Assembly: GCF_009914755.1 (NCBI RefSeq)
Contig: NC_060927.1
Strand: one strand, 5' to 3'
DNA length: 64,000 nucleotides
From: the human T2T-CHM13v2.0 reference genome, Homo sapiens
Shown here: positions 1 through 24,759 of the stretch, piece after piece
Numbering within the stretch: the first letter of the stretch is position 1
Layout: every line of letters begins with the position of its first letter
Made by a program: the position numbers and the translations under genes
Notes under the pieces: model-generated
What the model was told of the DNA's origin: nothing
What the model saw: only the letters and a program-made list of their open reading frames with translations
Databases searched by the model: none

Positions 1-1240
1 GTTATAGGAGTTCTTTATATATTCTGGATATTAACCCCTTATCAGTTATATGATTTATAAATATTTTTCCCAGTCACTTGGTTGCCTTTTCACTCTGTTG
101 ATTGTGTCCTTTGAGACACAGAAGTTTTTAAAGTTTTGATGTAGTCCACCTTATTTTTTGTTGTTGCCTGTGCTTTTGGTGTCATTTTCAAGAAATCATT
201 GCCTAATATGAAGCTTTCACCTATCTTTTCTTTTAAGTGTTTTATAATTCTAGCCCTTAGATTTAGGTCTTTGATCCACTTTGAGTTAATTTTTGTATAT
301 TGTATAAGATAAGTGTCTGACTTCATTCTTTTTGCATGTGGATATCCAATTTCCCAGTTCCATTTATTGAAGCTGTCTTTTCCCCCACTGAATGGTCTTG
401 GCATTCTTGTCAAAAGGGTGATACCCTGGCCCCTTGACCATATATGTGAGGCTTTACTTCTGGCCTATCTTTTCCCATTGTTTTATAAATATGTCTTTAT
501 GCTAATTCAACATTGTTTTGATTGCTGTAGCTTTGTGGTAAGTTTTGAAATCAGGAAGTATGAGACTGCAATTTTGTTCCTCTTTTTCAAGATGCTTTTG
601 GCTATTCCAGGTCACTTGTGATTCCATATTAGGATGGATTTTTTTTTTTCTGCAAAAAATGCCATTGGAATTGTGTTAGGGATTGCATTGAATCTGTAGA
701 TCACTTTGGGTAGCATTTACATCTTTAATAACAATATTAAACCTTCTAATTAATGAATATAAGACGTATTTCCATTTATTGCTATCTTTTATTTCTTTAA
801 GCAACATGTATAAAACTTTTGTCTCCTTAGTTAAATGTATCCTAAGTATTTTATTCTTTTTGATGCTATTGTAAATGGAATTGTCTTAATTTCATTTTCA
901 GAATGTTCATTTTTAGCATATAGAAATGCATTTGATTTTTTGTGTTGATTTTGTGTCCTGCAACTTTACTGAATTTATTTATTAGTTCTAACAGGTTTTT
1001 TTGGGGATTCTTTAGGGTTTTCTACATATAAGATTATATCATTTGAAAACAGAGCATTTTATTCTTCCTTTTCAATTTGAATGTCTTTGATTTCTTTTTC
1101 TTGCCTAATTTCACTGGCTAGGATTTCCAGTGCTATGTTGAATAAAAGTGTCAAAAGTGAGGATTCTTATCTTATTTCTGATCTTAGAGGAAATGCTTTC
1201 AGTCTTTTACCATTATGTTTGATGTTAGCTGTGGGCTTTC
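1..1240 (-). mobile_element. Old L1 (L1M-type) ORF2 fragment
   Basis: T-rich reverse L1 sequence. Minus ORF 90..413 gives YTKINSKWIKDLN...MTPKAQAT, from the L1 ORF2 C-terminal region. Confidence 0.85.
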
Positions 1241-1469
1241 AGCTGATATTTCAGACTATAGTTTGTTACATAGTTGCTATACTTCTACTTCTAGGAAATG
1301 ATGGTAAAGCTGCTAAAGATGTCTTGGTTTTTCCATGAGAAACATTCGAATAGCTAAAATAGCACCCACAAAAAAATGTCAAAGAATATAAAAAGACAGT
1401 CCATAAAAGAGATTATATAACTAATAAACAAATATGAGAAACACAGGTTATCTAAGACCATTAAAGCAA

Positions 1470-1773
1470 GCCAGGCATGGTGGCTCATGCCTGTAATCCC
1501 AGCACTTTGGGAGGCTGAGGCGGGTGGATCACTTGAGGCTAGGAGTTCGAGACCAGCCTGGCCAACATGGTGAAATCCCATCTCTACTAAAAATACAAAA
1601 ATCAGCCATGCATGGTGCTGCATCCTCCCCTTCCTGTAATCCCGGCTGCTTGGGAGGCTGAGACACAAGAATTGCTTGGACCCTGGAGGTGGAGGTTACA
1701 ATGAGCCGAGGTCGCGTCACTGCACTCCAGTCTGAGCGATAGAGCAAGTGTCTGTCTCAAAGAAAAAAATAAA
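1470..1773 (+). mobile_element. Alu (S-like) with 17-bp TSD
   Basis: Alu consensus; taagaccattaaagcaa at 1453-1469 and 1774-1790. Confidence 0.93.
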
Positions 1774-1785
1774 TAAGACCATTAA

Positions 1786-2112
<327 letters not shown>

Positions 2113-2269
2113 AGAAATCACCATTTTCTTATACAGAATTAGCATAATTATTGAAAATATAAATAAAACCCAGTGGTGGCAAGGCTGTGGAGTCACTGAA
2201 ACTCTGATACTTTGATGTCACTTTGGAGAGTGGACTGTTCTATGTGCTTTATATGCGTCTTTCTATTAG

Positions 2270-2420
2270 TATTTGTGATAACTTTGAGATGTACTATTTC
2301 CCCCATATTTTCATTGAAAAGAACGTGACACAGGGGATTAAATAACTCATTCAAGGATACAAAACTAGATATTGATAGGCCCCAGATGTGACCATGGCGT
2401 ATACTCCTGACCTCTGTGCT
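2270..2420. mobile_element. MIR relic
   Basis: Degenerate MIR core (ccccatatttt...gacacagggattaaataactc..caagg). Confidence 0.5.
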
Positions 2421-2653
2421 TTGTTGCCATATAAATATGCAGACCTTCTGACCCAGTAATCTCATTCCATTCAGATGACTGAGTCCTAAGGAAATAAGAT
2501 AGATGAGATAGAGCAGGGGTTGTGAACAGGGACTCCTGGGACTGCATACTTTTATTCAGAATCTACTATTTACTGGCTGGTGTCAGATGTTCTGAAAACC
2601 TAGCAATTTAAGACAAAACAAAAATACACATCCAGTCCAGGTCTTTAGGAAAA

Positions 2654-2870
<217 letters not shown>

Positions 2871-3147
2871 GGGTGGAAACTTTCTTGTAATCAAAAAGAA
2901 ATGTATGTCAGAGAGAGTGGGAAAAAGTTATTTTAGTTGCTGATTAAAATGTGGCAACTCCTATGGACAAAGAGTGTTGTTTGTTCTCAGGTGACCTGAA
3001 TAGTCCAAAGCTGTAATGGATCTATCACTCCTTTCTAGCTCATCAGCAGAATATTATTTCCTATTTGCCTAATTCAGGGCTACAGATGTTTCAAGCTGCA
3101 TTACTTTTGAATTAAAGTGGGGTTTCTGGAACTGTTCTCTTTCCCAG

Positions 3148-3229
3148 GGAGCTCATCCGCTGTTTGAAGTGGTATATGGACTGCTCAGCAGAACTGATTC
3201 GACAGGACCACATTCAAGAAGCTATGCGG
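3148..3229 (+). CDS. DOCK3: DOCK3 internal coding exon (82 nt; ELIRCLKWYMDCSAELIRQDHIQEAMR)
   Basis: Acceptor ttctctttcccag| at 3147 and donor CGG|gtaatg at 3230. One nt plus 27 codons, continuing in frame into the next exon. Peptide recognised as DOCK3. Confidence 0.93.
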
Positions 3230-4447
3230 GTAATGTACTAACCTCTCCATACATAAGAGACCCACTCATGCAATTATTTGTGAGTAATCTCAGTGATACA
3301 ATGTGCAGGACAAATGTAGACATCGCAGTACCTGGCCTGCTTTCAGGAATGACTGTCTTGATCCACATAATTTCTCTTTCCTTACCTTGATTTTGCCCCA
3401 GAAAGCTTTTATTCCTGATAATTTTAAAGAAGGAGGGAGAGATGATATGCACATGGCTCCTGGCTATCCTCCCCTGCCTGATTGTTACCCATAGTATCAG
3501 TCCTTTCTACCACTGGCTAAAGTATAGTAACTCCTTCTAAGCCAATGTTGGTGGCAACGTTGATTGAATTAGGATCCTCTAATAGTATTCTCTTTTTTGG
3601 TAGTTACTAAGCATAGATTTTTTGAACTGTTTTAAGTAAAAAGAGCTGAGTGGATGCACTGTATGTGGGTTTGTTCAGAAGAAGGGAATCTTAAAACTGT
3701 GGCCTTAGGAAGAACCTGTGGTCTTCCATGGTCGTGACCATTGTCAGCATCCCTGCTTGGACAGGTTCCCTGACAAGGCAGCCCTTTGTATTGCTGGGTA
3801 GCTCCAATTGACAGGGGACTGTTCTCATTTTGAGTTAACTCCACTGTCTGGTAACTTCTTTTCATGACTACTGTTCTGCTGTTAAAACAAACAAACAAAC
3901 AAACAAAAAACAGTTTTGCTTTATTTCTGTCCTCTTTTAATATCACATCACCTGCAACAAGTACTGGACCTGTGTTTTTGTCCTTTTCCACATGTTTAAC
4001 AGGTAACAGAATGTTTTCTCAAGCATTATCAGACTGAAGGGGCAAAATCAAATCATAGATTTGCATTTAGTCTTCCTCTTCTTTGCACATTCCGTAAAAA
4101 TCTGAGGCTGCAAGGCTCATTTCTGTCCTCTTTCATACAAATGCCTACTGAGCATCTGTCCTAGGGGCTAAGATGCAACGATGAATAAGACCAGCCCATC
4201 TTCTTGAAGAACATATCCGCAGTATCCTAAGGGGAGGCACGAACACAAGTGTAGGGCAGGGTGCTGAGGCATGTGAGGAAAGGGCCTCGGTTCTCTTCTT
4301 CTCAGAACCCTAGCACCTGTCAGGTGCCTAACACAATATTTGAGTGGATAAAAGTTGAGTTAAATGCAAAAGATTCTATATGAGCCTGAAAAATAATTGC
4401 TTAAGGATACCGGAGAAGGCAGCGCAGAAGTTGTTTTCTCCTAAAAA

Positions 4448-4610
4448 TCATTCGTTTAATCATTCAGTCAATGTTGCTTGATACCTACCATGCTTCAGAC
4501 ACTGTTCTAACCACTGGAGATTCAGCAGGGGCCCAAACAAAAATGGCTAGGGCTTCATAGTACTTTCATTCAAGTGGGGAAACACATACAATATATGTAA
4601 AACAGATAAA
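4448..4610 (-). mobile_element. L2 3' relic, apparently continuing at ~7070-7255 and after ~13335
   Basis: tcattc..tcattcagtcaatgttgcttgatacctaccatgc resembles an L2 3' end. L2-like sequence resumes after the SVA/Alu block and again after the L1/Alu block. Confidence 0.55.
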
Positions 4611-4715
4611 TACATGTATTTATTCTAATCAATGTTGACACCAACATTGGCTTACAAAGTCAGTTTAAAAAACAAAACAGGACAGAGTGAGACTCCATCT
4701 TAAAAAGAAAAAGAG

Positions 4716-7076
<2,361 letters not shown>

Positions 7077-7289
7077 CTATGAAGGAAATAAACAAGATTA
7101 TGGAACAGACTGGCTGGAAAGGAGGGTTTACTTCAGATCAAGGATTTGGGAAAGCTTCTCTGAGGAGGTGATCTCTGAGCTGAAGTCAGTGTTAACAGTT
7201 AGGGAGTGAGCACTCCAGACTGAGGAAACAGAATATTTAAAAGCCTAGATGGGAAAGGGCTTGGGTTTTGTTTTTGCTTTTGTTTTTGT

Positions 7290-13383
<6,094 letters not shown>

Positions 13384-14914
13384 TAGACCGGATGTAGAAG
13401 ATGATAATAAGGGAGAACTGTGGCTGTTTCCAAGGGGTCTTGCTAGATCAGCTGAGTTGATGGCAAGGCCATTTATGGAGGTACAGAATTCTGGGAAAGA
13501 TAAGGTTTGGGTAGGGAGAAGGAAGAATTCCCTTTGGGGGAGCATTTTTCTGAGGTGTTTTCATATTTGTTCTCACCACTTCACACTTGTTCTGTAATAC
13601 GTCCAACACTAAGGTTTTATCAGGTCATTTCCTCCTCTTCGTCAGATTTCAGCTTATAAGTCTCCTTCACCAGATTAGTAAGTTTCCATCTAATCCTGTT
13701 TTCCTTCTTCTTCATAGGATGCATGCTCCTGGCCTGATACTTCTCATTCCAGTATCAAAAGCTATGAACCAGGAAACTTCTTCCTTAATACTTTTGATTC
13801 AATATATCTTTCCACTCATAACCTTATCTCCTTTTACCTTCAGAAGCATGACCTTAAGAAAAGTTCTATTGAAGAAGGTGAAAATAAAAAGTTTATTATT
13901 TCTTACTTGGTTATATTGTTTGTTCACAATGTGAGAGGCATGTAGGGGGTGTCATTGTGGGTTTTAGGGTGGCTCTTCACAAGGCATTCCAAAACAATAG
14001 CACACTTCACTGCTGAGCTGTATCAGTTCCTTAGCAGGTAGCCACAAGGAGGAAAGAGAGGGCACGGTGGATCTTCTTGGTGATACAAACATGGTAATAA
14101 CTTTTAGGATCTCTTTTTCTTACAGGTTTATTAACTTAAACAAAAATGGACAGGGCAGCTGCTTCAGCCACAGTTAAGTGCTCCATTGTCTCTACACAGT
14201 ATTAGGAGCACCTTTAAACCTTGAACAAATTCCACAGGCTCCACCTCTCACCTTCTATTCCACTCCTCTGCCCCGCTCTCCTTCCCCAGTTGAATCTGTC
14301 AGAGGTGGCCAGCATCACCTGGTCCTGACCAAGATGGTGCTGATCCAAAACTTCAAGAGGAATGGGGAAGAGGGAAGTCAGGTACTCAGAGATGACTGGA
14401 AGTGGGTTTATGTTCCATGTCCTCATCCAGGTTTTCATGGAGACTTCTCTGACATCAGCCTTGTGCTCCTCTGCTAGTTGTCTTATATTGTGTAACCTAA
14501 TAGAGGAAGCAAGCTCTCATGCCCAAAAGGTGCAAGTCACTTCGCTGTCTGGTTCTGCCTCCCTGAAACTGGTGAATGTTTCATGCCACTCATTACATCT
14601 CTTGTGATAACTGTTTCAAACTTAAAAACCAAACAAAAAAACTTTTTAAAATTAGAGGAGTAGTATGGAGCACATAATTAGATTTGCCTACCTCTCAGGA
14701 GACCTAAAATTCCACTTCTCAAAAAAAACTCATTTATTTTCCTGTCTTTACTTCCAGTGCTCCACGTAATTGCCGATCCTTCCTGCATCTTCCGGGGCTT
14801 GGGCATATGACAGTAAGATGCTCAACAAGTTCATTTTCTACTTCTATGCATAATACATTTTTGGTGAATCTTTCCAGGTCTTAATTCTTTTCATTTTCTG
14901 TGTGACCTAACTGA

Positions 14915-15106
<192 letters not shown>

Positions 15107-16577
15107 TAGGGATTCTAGTCCCTACCTATAAGGATTCCAGGGTGTCAGTTCTGACCTTGTCCCTCTTTTGTCCTCTGCTGAGCCCAGCAAGCCATCATCT
15201 TAATCATACAAAACCAAAATACCTAAAGGGGAAGGTCAGACCTGCTACCTAGCCATTTAGTTTGGAAAATGCAAACATTTATTTTCTTTGTTCCGATAGA
15301 AAATACCTCCTACTTCAGTGACTTCAAACTGGCATAAGCTAATAAATGAAGCTAGCTCAGAAGTGTATACTTTCTGCTTCATGGGCCTGAAGAGTCACCA
15401 CAATATAGACATACTAGAGCAGTGGCAGAGTCCAGCCTGCAAGTGTCTGGGTTTAGAAACTAACAGATATTTCAAGTTCTTTATAGACTAGGCATTAAAA
15501 AGCTACTAGAACAGAGGGTGTAGCATTTATGGAGATGAGGCCGCACACTAAATCCTTCTACAGAATCATCTGGTACAAGCCCTGTAAGACACATTTTTCT
15601 AAACTGGCATTCCCCAGTGCCAACTGAATTTTGTATGGGCCACAAAATATTAAGTTCTGCTTTTCCAAACCATCTAACAGCTGGATAGATCATGAAAGGT
15701 AGTTTGGGAATTGTTTCCTGTTTTATATTTCAAGTACCTGACTTCTGTTTGTTTCAGCCTTGCATAAGTTTCTCTCCATTATTTCTGGCTTTTCAGTGTC
15801 TGGGAAATCTGTGGCATTTTTTTTTTATTAGAAAACATAGTATTGGGTCTTGAATTTGTTCTCTTAAAAGAAAATTACTCTGTAAGCATGGGCCAAGCGT
15901 CAGGAACTCCTCAGAATCAGATTCTGCTCCCAAACATTTTTGCAGAAGCTTCATCTTGTACCATTTATGAACTGCTTATAGCAGATGTCTTGGTGGGAAG
16001 AGGGTGGATACTGGATGTATCAGGCCTATCAGCTGCTGTGCAGCCTGGGACAGGTTTTCTTCAGATTTCTGTGACCCCTGGTGAAAAAGGAGGAACTGTG
16101 TCAGGCCCCAGCTATATCTTAAAGATGTAGGAGACTCCTAAGTCTGAGGATTCCTCAGTCCTTTAGGACACTTCCTTCTTGCAGTAAACTTGAGTCTTTC
16201 TTACATCCTTGCCTTGTGACCCTTTTATTTCCAGACCTGAAAAAAAATACAGAGAAACTTATTTTTTAAACTCTGAGTGGTCTTGAATTCAACTATTTCT
16301 ATAACAGTCTATGGCTCCTTAATTCCAGAACCTCAGAAAACAGTTGTGAAATTATTTGATGATTCTTTCAGTAAGAAGGTAGCTGCTGCTTAGTGACAAT
16401 TTGGATATTTGAGAAAAAATTTTTAAAAATAAAGTACCTATCTATCTCCATAGTTAGAATTGCCCAACACCTGATTTTGGTATAGAAACTGCTGTTACTT
16501 TGCCCCTTGTTTCCTGCTATGTGAGTTCCTGAGCATCTTCAACATCTCTCCATCACTTTTTCTCCCACACTTTTCAG

Positions 16578-16748
16578 GCCTTGGAGTACCTTTTCAAGTT
16601 CATTGTACAGTCACGGATCCTGTACTCACGAGCCACTTGTGGAATGGAAGAGGAACAATTCAGATCCAGTATCCAAGAACTTTTCCAGTCCATCCGGTTT
16701 GTGCTCAGTCTGGACAGCCGAAACTCAGAAACACTCCTTTTTACTCAG
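16578..16748 (+). CDS. DOCK3: DOCK3 coding exon (171 nt; ALEYLFKFIVQSRILYSRATCG...SETLLFTQ)
   Basis: Long pyrimidine tract ending ttttcag|, donor CAG|gttcgc, 57 codons, phase 0/0. Contains the DOCK-family ALEYLFKFIVQSR motif. Confidence 0.95.
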
Positions 16749-17108
16749 GTTCGCACACTGCAGGGAAGCTTTGATGCTGGGTTCCTCTTTCTCAGTGGGT
16801 GGTTTCTTTGTCCTCTGGTTTTCAGAGATGAAGAAGCCCTGCCAGGATCATGTGTGTTGGGTAAGGGATTATTTACAAGGAAATACCTGATACAACAAAA
16901 TGCTGCTTTTACTGCAAATCTGGCTGTGCCTCAGCTGCCAGATGTAAAACAGCTCAGTGGCTTTATGTTGGAGAAGAAGCACAAATTTGTTCTGTGAACA
17001 GTCTTTAGACCAAGTTTATTTAGCTACCATACTACTTAGTTTTTTATGAACACCTTATTCATAGGAGATATTGAGAATGTATGGGGAATTTTATTTCCAG
17101 ATTAATCA

Positions 17109-17509
<401 letters not shown>

Positions 17510-20500
17510 CTAAGAATTAAGATTAAATTAGGATCAGAGGGCTGGCAAGATGGCCAAATAGGAACAGCTCCGGACTGCAGCTCCCAGCGAGATCAACACA
17601 AAAGGCAGGTGATTTCTGCATTTCCAACTGAGGTACCCGGCTCATCTCATTGGGACTGGCTAGACAGTGGGTGCACCCATGGAGGGCAAGCAGAAGGAGG
17701 GTGGGGCGTCGCCTCACCTTGGAAGTACAAGGGGTTGGGGAACTCCCTCCCCTACCCAAGGGAAGCTGGGAGAGACTGCCTTGAGGAACAGTGCATTCCG
17801 GCCCAGATACTACGCTTTTCCCATGGTCTTTGCAACCTGCAGACCAGGAGATTCCCTCAGGTGCCTACACCACCAGGGCCCTGGGTTTCAAACAGAAAAC
17901 TGGGCCACTGTTTGGGCAGACACTGAGCTAGCTGCAGGAGTTTTTCTCATACCCCAGTGGAGCCTGGAATGTCAGCGAGACAGAACCGTTCACTCCCCTG
18001 GAAAGGGGGCTGAAGCCAGGGAGACAAGCGGTCTAGTTCAGTGAATCCCACCCCCACGGAGCCCAGCAAGTTAAGATCCACTGGCTTGAAATTCTCACTG
18101 CCAGCACAGCAGTCTGATGTCGATCTGGGACACTCAAGCTTGGTCAGGGGAGGAGCATCCACCATTACAGAGGCTTGAGTAGGCAGTTTTCCCCTCACAG
18201 TGTAAAAAAAAGCTGACAGGAACTTTGGACAAGGCAGAGCCCACCACAGTGCTGCCAAGCCACTGTAGCCAGACTGCCTCTCTAGATTCCTCCTCTGTGG
18301 GCAGGGCATCTCTGAAAGAAAGACAGCAGGCCCAGTCAGGGGCTTCTAGATCCAACTCCCATCTCCCTGGGATAGAACACCTCGGGGAAGGGGCAGCTGT
18401 GGGCACAGCTTCAGCAGACTTAAATGTTCCTGCCTGCCGGCTCTGAAGGGAATGGGAGATCTCCCAGCACAGTGCTCGAGCTCTGCTAAGGGACAGACTG
18501 TCTCCTTAAGTGGATCCCTTACCCCCGTGCCTCCTGACTGGGAGACATCTCCCAGTAGGGGATGACAGACGCCTCATACGGGAGAGCTCTGGCTGGCATC
18601 TGGTGGGTGCCCCTCTGGGACGAAGCTTCCAGAGGAAGGAATAGGCAGCAATCTTTGCTGTTCTGCAGCCTCTGCTGGTGATACCCAGGCAAACAGGGTC
18701 TGAAGTGGACCTCCAGCAAACCCCAGCAGACCTCTAACAGAGGGGCCTGACTGTTAGAAGAAAAACTAACAAACAGAAAGGAATAGCATCAACATCAACA
18801 AAAAGGACATCCACACAGAAACCCTATCCGAAGGTCAACAACATCAAACACCAAAGGTAGATAAATCCAGGAAGACAAAGAAAAACCAGTGCAAAAAGGC
18901 TGAAAATTCCAAAAAACCAGAACGCCTCTTCTCCTCCAGAGGATCACAACTCCTAGCCAGCAAGGTAACAAACCTGGACAGAGAATGAGTTTGATGAATT
19001 GACAGAAGTAGGCTTCAGAAGGTGGGTAATAACAAACTCCTCCAAGCTAAAGGAGCATGTTCTAACCCAATGCAAGGAAGCTAAGAACCTCGAAAAAAGG
19101 TTAGAGGAATTGCTAACTACAATAACCAGTTTAGAGAAGAACATAAATGACCTGATGGAGCTGAAAAACACAGCACAAGAACTTTGTGAAGCATACAGAA
19201 GTATCAATAGCCAAACTGATCAAGTGGAAGAAAGGATATCAGAGATTGAAGATCAACTTACTGAAATAAGTCGTGAAGACAAGATTAGAGAAAAAAGAAT
19301 GAAAAGGAACAAACAAAGCCTCCAAGAAATATGGGACTATGTGAAAAGACCAAACCTATGTTTGATTGGTGTACCTGAAAGTGACAGGGAGAATGGAACC
19401 AAGTTGGAAAACACTCTTCAGGATATTATCCAGGAGAACTTCCTCAACCTAGCAAGACAGGCCAACATTCAAATTCAGGAAATACAGAGAACACCACAAA
19501 GATACTCCTCGAGAAGAGCAGCCCCAAGACACATAATCGTCAGAATCACCAAGATTGAAATGAAGGAAAATATGTTAAAGGCAGCCAGAGAGAAAGGTCA
19601 GGTTACCCACAAAGAGAAGCCCATCAGACTAAGAGCAGATTTCTCTGCAGAAACCCTACAAACCAGAAGAGAGTGGGGGCCAATATTCAACATTCTTAAA
19701 GAAAAGAATTTTCAACCCAGAATTTCATATCCAGCCACACTAAGCTTCATAAGTGAAGGAGAAATAAAATCTTTTACAGACAAGCAAATGCTGAGAGATT
19801 TTGTCACCACCAGGCCTGCCTTACAAGAGCTCCTGAAGGAAGCACTAAATATGGAAAGGAAAAACCGGTACCAGCCACTGCAAAAACATACCAAATTATA
19901 AGGATCATCGACACTATGAAGAAACTGCATCAACTAACGGGCAAAATAACCAGCTAGCATCATAATGACAGGATGAAATTCACACATAACTATATTAACC
20001 TTAAATGTAAATGGGCTAAATGCCCCAATTAAAAGACACAGACTGGCAAATTGGATAAAGAGTCAAGACCCATCAGTGTGTTGTATTCAGGAGACCCATC
20101 TCACATGCAAAGACACACATAGGCTCAAAATACAGGGATGGAGGACTATTTACCAAGCAAATGGAAAACCAAAAAAAGCATGGGTTGCAATCCTAGTATC
20201 TGATAAAACAGACTTTAAACCAACAAAGATCATAAAAGTCAAGGATATTACATAATGGTAAAGGGATCAATGCAACAAGAAGTGCTAATTATCCAAAATA
20301 TATATGCACCCATTAGAGGAGCACCCAGGTTCATAGAGCAAGTTCTTAGAGTCCAATAAAGAGACTTAGACTCCCACAGAATAATAGTGGGAGACTTTAA
20401 CATCCCACTCTCAGTATTAGATCAGTGAGACAGAAAATTGACAAGGATATTCAGAACTTGAAATCAGCTCTGGACCGAGTAGACCTGATAGACATCTGCA

Positions 20501-20967
20501 GAACTCTCCTCCCCAAATCAACAGAATATACATTCTTCTCAGCACCACATTGCACATATTCTAAAACTGACCACATAATTGGAAGTAAAACACTCTTCGG
20601 CAAATGCAGAAGAACAGAAATCATAACAGTCTCTCAGACCACAGTACAATCAAATTAGAACTCAGGATTAAGAAACTCACTCAAAACCACACAACTACAT
20701 GGAAACTGAACAACCTGCTCCTGAATGACTACTGGGTACATAACGAAATTAAGGCAGAGGTTCTTTGAAACCAATGAGAACAAAGACACAACATACCAGA
20801 ACCTCTGGGACACAGCTAAAGCAGTGTTTAGAGAGAAATTTATAGCACTAAATGCCCACAGGAGAAAGCGGGAAATATCTAAAATTGACACCCAAACATC
20901 ACAGTTAAAAGAACTAGAGAAGCAAGAGCATACAAATTCAAAAGCTAACAGAAGACAAGAAATAACT

Positions 20968-21373
<406 letters not shown>

Positions 21374-21775
21374 CTAGCCAGACTAATGAAGAAAAGAGAG
21401 AAGAATCAAATAGACACAACAAAAAATGTGATAAAGGGGCAATCACCACTGATCCCACAGAAATAGAAACTACCATCAGAGAATACTATAAACACCTCTG
21501 TGCAAATAAACTAGAAACTCTGGAAGAAATTTATAAATTCCTGGACACATGCGCCATCCCAAGACTAAACCAGGAAGAAGTTGAACCCCTGAATAGACCA
21601 ATAATAAGATCTGAAATTGAGGTAGAAATTAGCAGCGTACAACCAAAAAAATCCCAGGACCAGACGGATTCACAGCCAAATTCTACCAGAGGTACAAAGA
21701 AGAGGTGATACCATTCCTTCTGAAACTATTCCAAACAATAGAAAAAGAGGGACTCCTCCCGAACTCATTTTATGA

Positions 21776-21952
<177 letters not shown>

Positions 21953-23775
21953 TAAGGCTGGTTCAACCTACACAAAAAAATAAATGTAATCCATCACATA
22001 AACAGAACCAATGACAAAAACTACTTTATTATCTCAATAGATGCAGAAAAGGCCTTCAATAAAATTCAACATCACTTCATGCTAAAAACTCTCAATAAAC
22101 TAGGTATTGATGGGACGTATCTCAAAGTAATAAGAGCTATTTATGACAAACCCACAGCCAATATACTGAATGGGTAAAAGCTGGAAATGTTCCCTTTGAA
22201 AACCAGCACAAGACAAGGATGCCCTCTCTCACACTCCTATTCAACATAGTATTGGAAGTTCTGGCCAGGGCAGTCAGGCAAGAGAAAAAAATAAAGGGCA
22301 TTCAAATAGGAAGAGAGGAAGTGAAATTGTCTCTGTTTACAGATGACATGATTATATATTTAGAAAACCCCATTGTCTCAGCCCCAAATCTCCTTAAGCT
22401 GATAAGCAACTTCAGCAAAGTCTCAGGATACAAAAAGCATTCCTATACACCAATAATAGACAAACAGAGAGCCAAATCATGAGTGAACGCCCCTTTACAA
22501 TTGCTACAAAGATAATAAAATACCTAGGAATACAACTTAGAAGGGATATGAAGGAACTCTTGAAGGAGAACTACAAACCACTGCTCAAGGAAATAAGAGA
22601 GGACACAGACAAATGGAAAAACATCCCATGCTCATGGATAGGAAGAATCAATATCGTGAAAATGGCCATACTGCCCAAAGTAATTTATAGAGTCAATGCC
22701 ATCCCCATCAAGCTACCACTGACTTTCTTCACAGAATTAGAAAAAACTACTTTAAAGTTCATATGGAACCAAAAAAGAGCCCGCATTGCCAAGTCAATCC
22801 TAAGCCAAAGGAACAAAGCTGGAGGCATTATACTACCTGACTTCAAACTATACTACAAGGCTACAGTAACCAAAACAGTATGGTACTGGTACCAAAACAG
22901 ATATATAGACGAATGGAACAGAACAGAGGCCTCAGAAATAACACCACACATCTACAATCATCTGATCTTTGACAAACCTGACAAAAGAAGCAATGGGGAA
23001 AGGATTCCCTATTTAATAAATGGTGTTGGCAAACTGGCTAGCCATATGCAGAAAATTGAAACTGGACCCCTTCCTTACACCTTATACAAAAATTAACTCA
23101 AGATGTATTAAAGACTTAAACATAAGACCTAAAACCATAACAACCCTACAAGAAAATCTAGGCAATACCATTCAGGACATAGGCATAGGCAAAGATTTCA
23201 TGACTAAAACACCAAAAGCAGTGGCATCAAAAGCCAAAATTGACAAATGGAATCTGATTAAACTAAAGAGCTTCTGCACAGCAAAAGAAGCTATCATCAG
23301 AGTGAACAGGCAAGCTATAGAATAGGAGAAAATTTTTGCCATCTATCCATCTGACAAACGGCTAATATCCAAAATCTACAAAGAACTTAAACAAATTTAC
23401 AAGAAAAAACCATCAAAAAGTGGGCGAAGGATATGAACAGACACTTCTCAAAAGAAGACATTTATGCAGCCAACCAACATATGAAAAAAAGCTCATCATC
23501 ACTGGTCATTAGAGAAATGCAAATCAAAACCACAATGAGATACCATCTCACACTAGTTAGAATGGCGATCATTAAAAAGTTAGGATACAACAGATGCTGG
23601 AGAGGATGTGGAGAAATAGGAATGCTTTTACACTGTTGGTGGAAGTGTAAATTAGTTCAACCATTGTGGAAGACAGTGTGGTGATTCCTCAAGGATCTAG
23701 AACTAGAAATACATGTGACCCAGCGATCCCATTACTGGCTATAAACCCAAGGGATTATAAATCATTCTACTATAA

Positions 23776-24107
<332 letters not shown>

Positions 24108-24661
24108 ACACACATACGTTTATTGCAGCACTGTTGACAATAGCAAAGATTTGGAACCAACCCAAATGCCCATCAGTCATAGACTAGATAAAGAAAATGT
24201 GGCACATATACACCATGGAATACTATGCAGCCATAAAAAAGGATGAGTTTATGTCCTTTGCAGGGACATGGATGAAGCTGGAAACCATCATTCTCAGTCA
24301 ACTAACACAGGAACAGAAAACCAAACACCACATGTTCTCATTCATAAGTGGGAGGTAAACAATGAGAACACATGGACACAGGGAGGGGAACATTACACAC
24401 CTGGGCCTGTTGGGGGTCGGGGGACTAGGGGAGGGATAGCATTAGGAGAAATACCTAATGTAGATGATGGGTTGATGGGTGCAGCACACCACCATGGCAC
24501 GTGTATACTTATGTAACAAACCTGCACATTCTGCACATGTATCCCAGAGCTTAAAGTATAATAAATAATTAAAACTTCAAAAAAAGATTAGATTAGATTC
24601 AATATTAGAAATATCAGTATGGGAAGAAAATTTGCTTTCTTATATTAAAACTACCTGACCA

Positions 24662-24759
24662 ATCACCTGAGCCCAAGAAGTTAAGGCTACAGTGAGCTGT
24701 GATTGCACCACTGCACTCCAGCCTGGGCAACAGAGTGAAACTCTGTCTCAAAAACAAAC
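24662..24759 (+). mobile_element. AluJ/FRAM right-arm fragment
   Basis: tgagcccaagaagttaaggctacagtgagc; degenerate TSD aaaactacctgacca / aaaactgcctggcca. Confidence 0.8.

Noticed and set aside
13560-14620. Unassigned sequence with several 75-115 aa ORFs; possible old LTR or processed pseudogene
   Set aside because: No recognisable protein, poly(A)/TSD or confident repeat consensus; cannot be supported without a database search.
16581-16997. 138-aa ORF as a standalone gene
   Set aside because: It is the DOCK3 exon plus intronic read-through; the same applies to ORFs 27225-27494, 33886-34188 and 36537-36719.
18999-19901. 300-codon open L1 ORF1 as a possible domesticated gene or active L1
   Set aside because: The native start is lost, the 5' part is disrupted, ORF2 has several stops and Alu insertions, and an open stretch this long is plausible by chance for an L1PA of this age.
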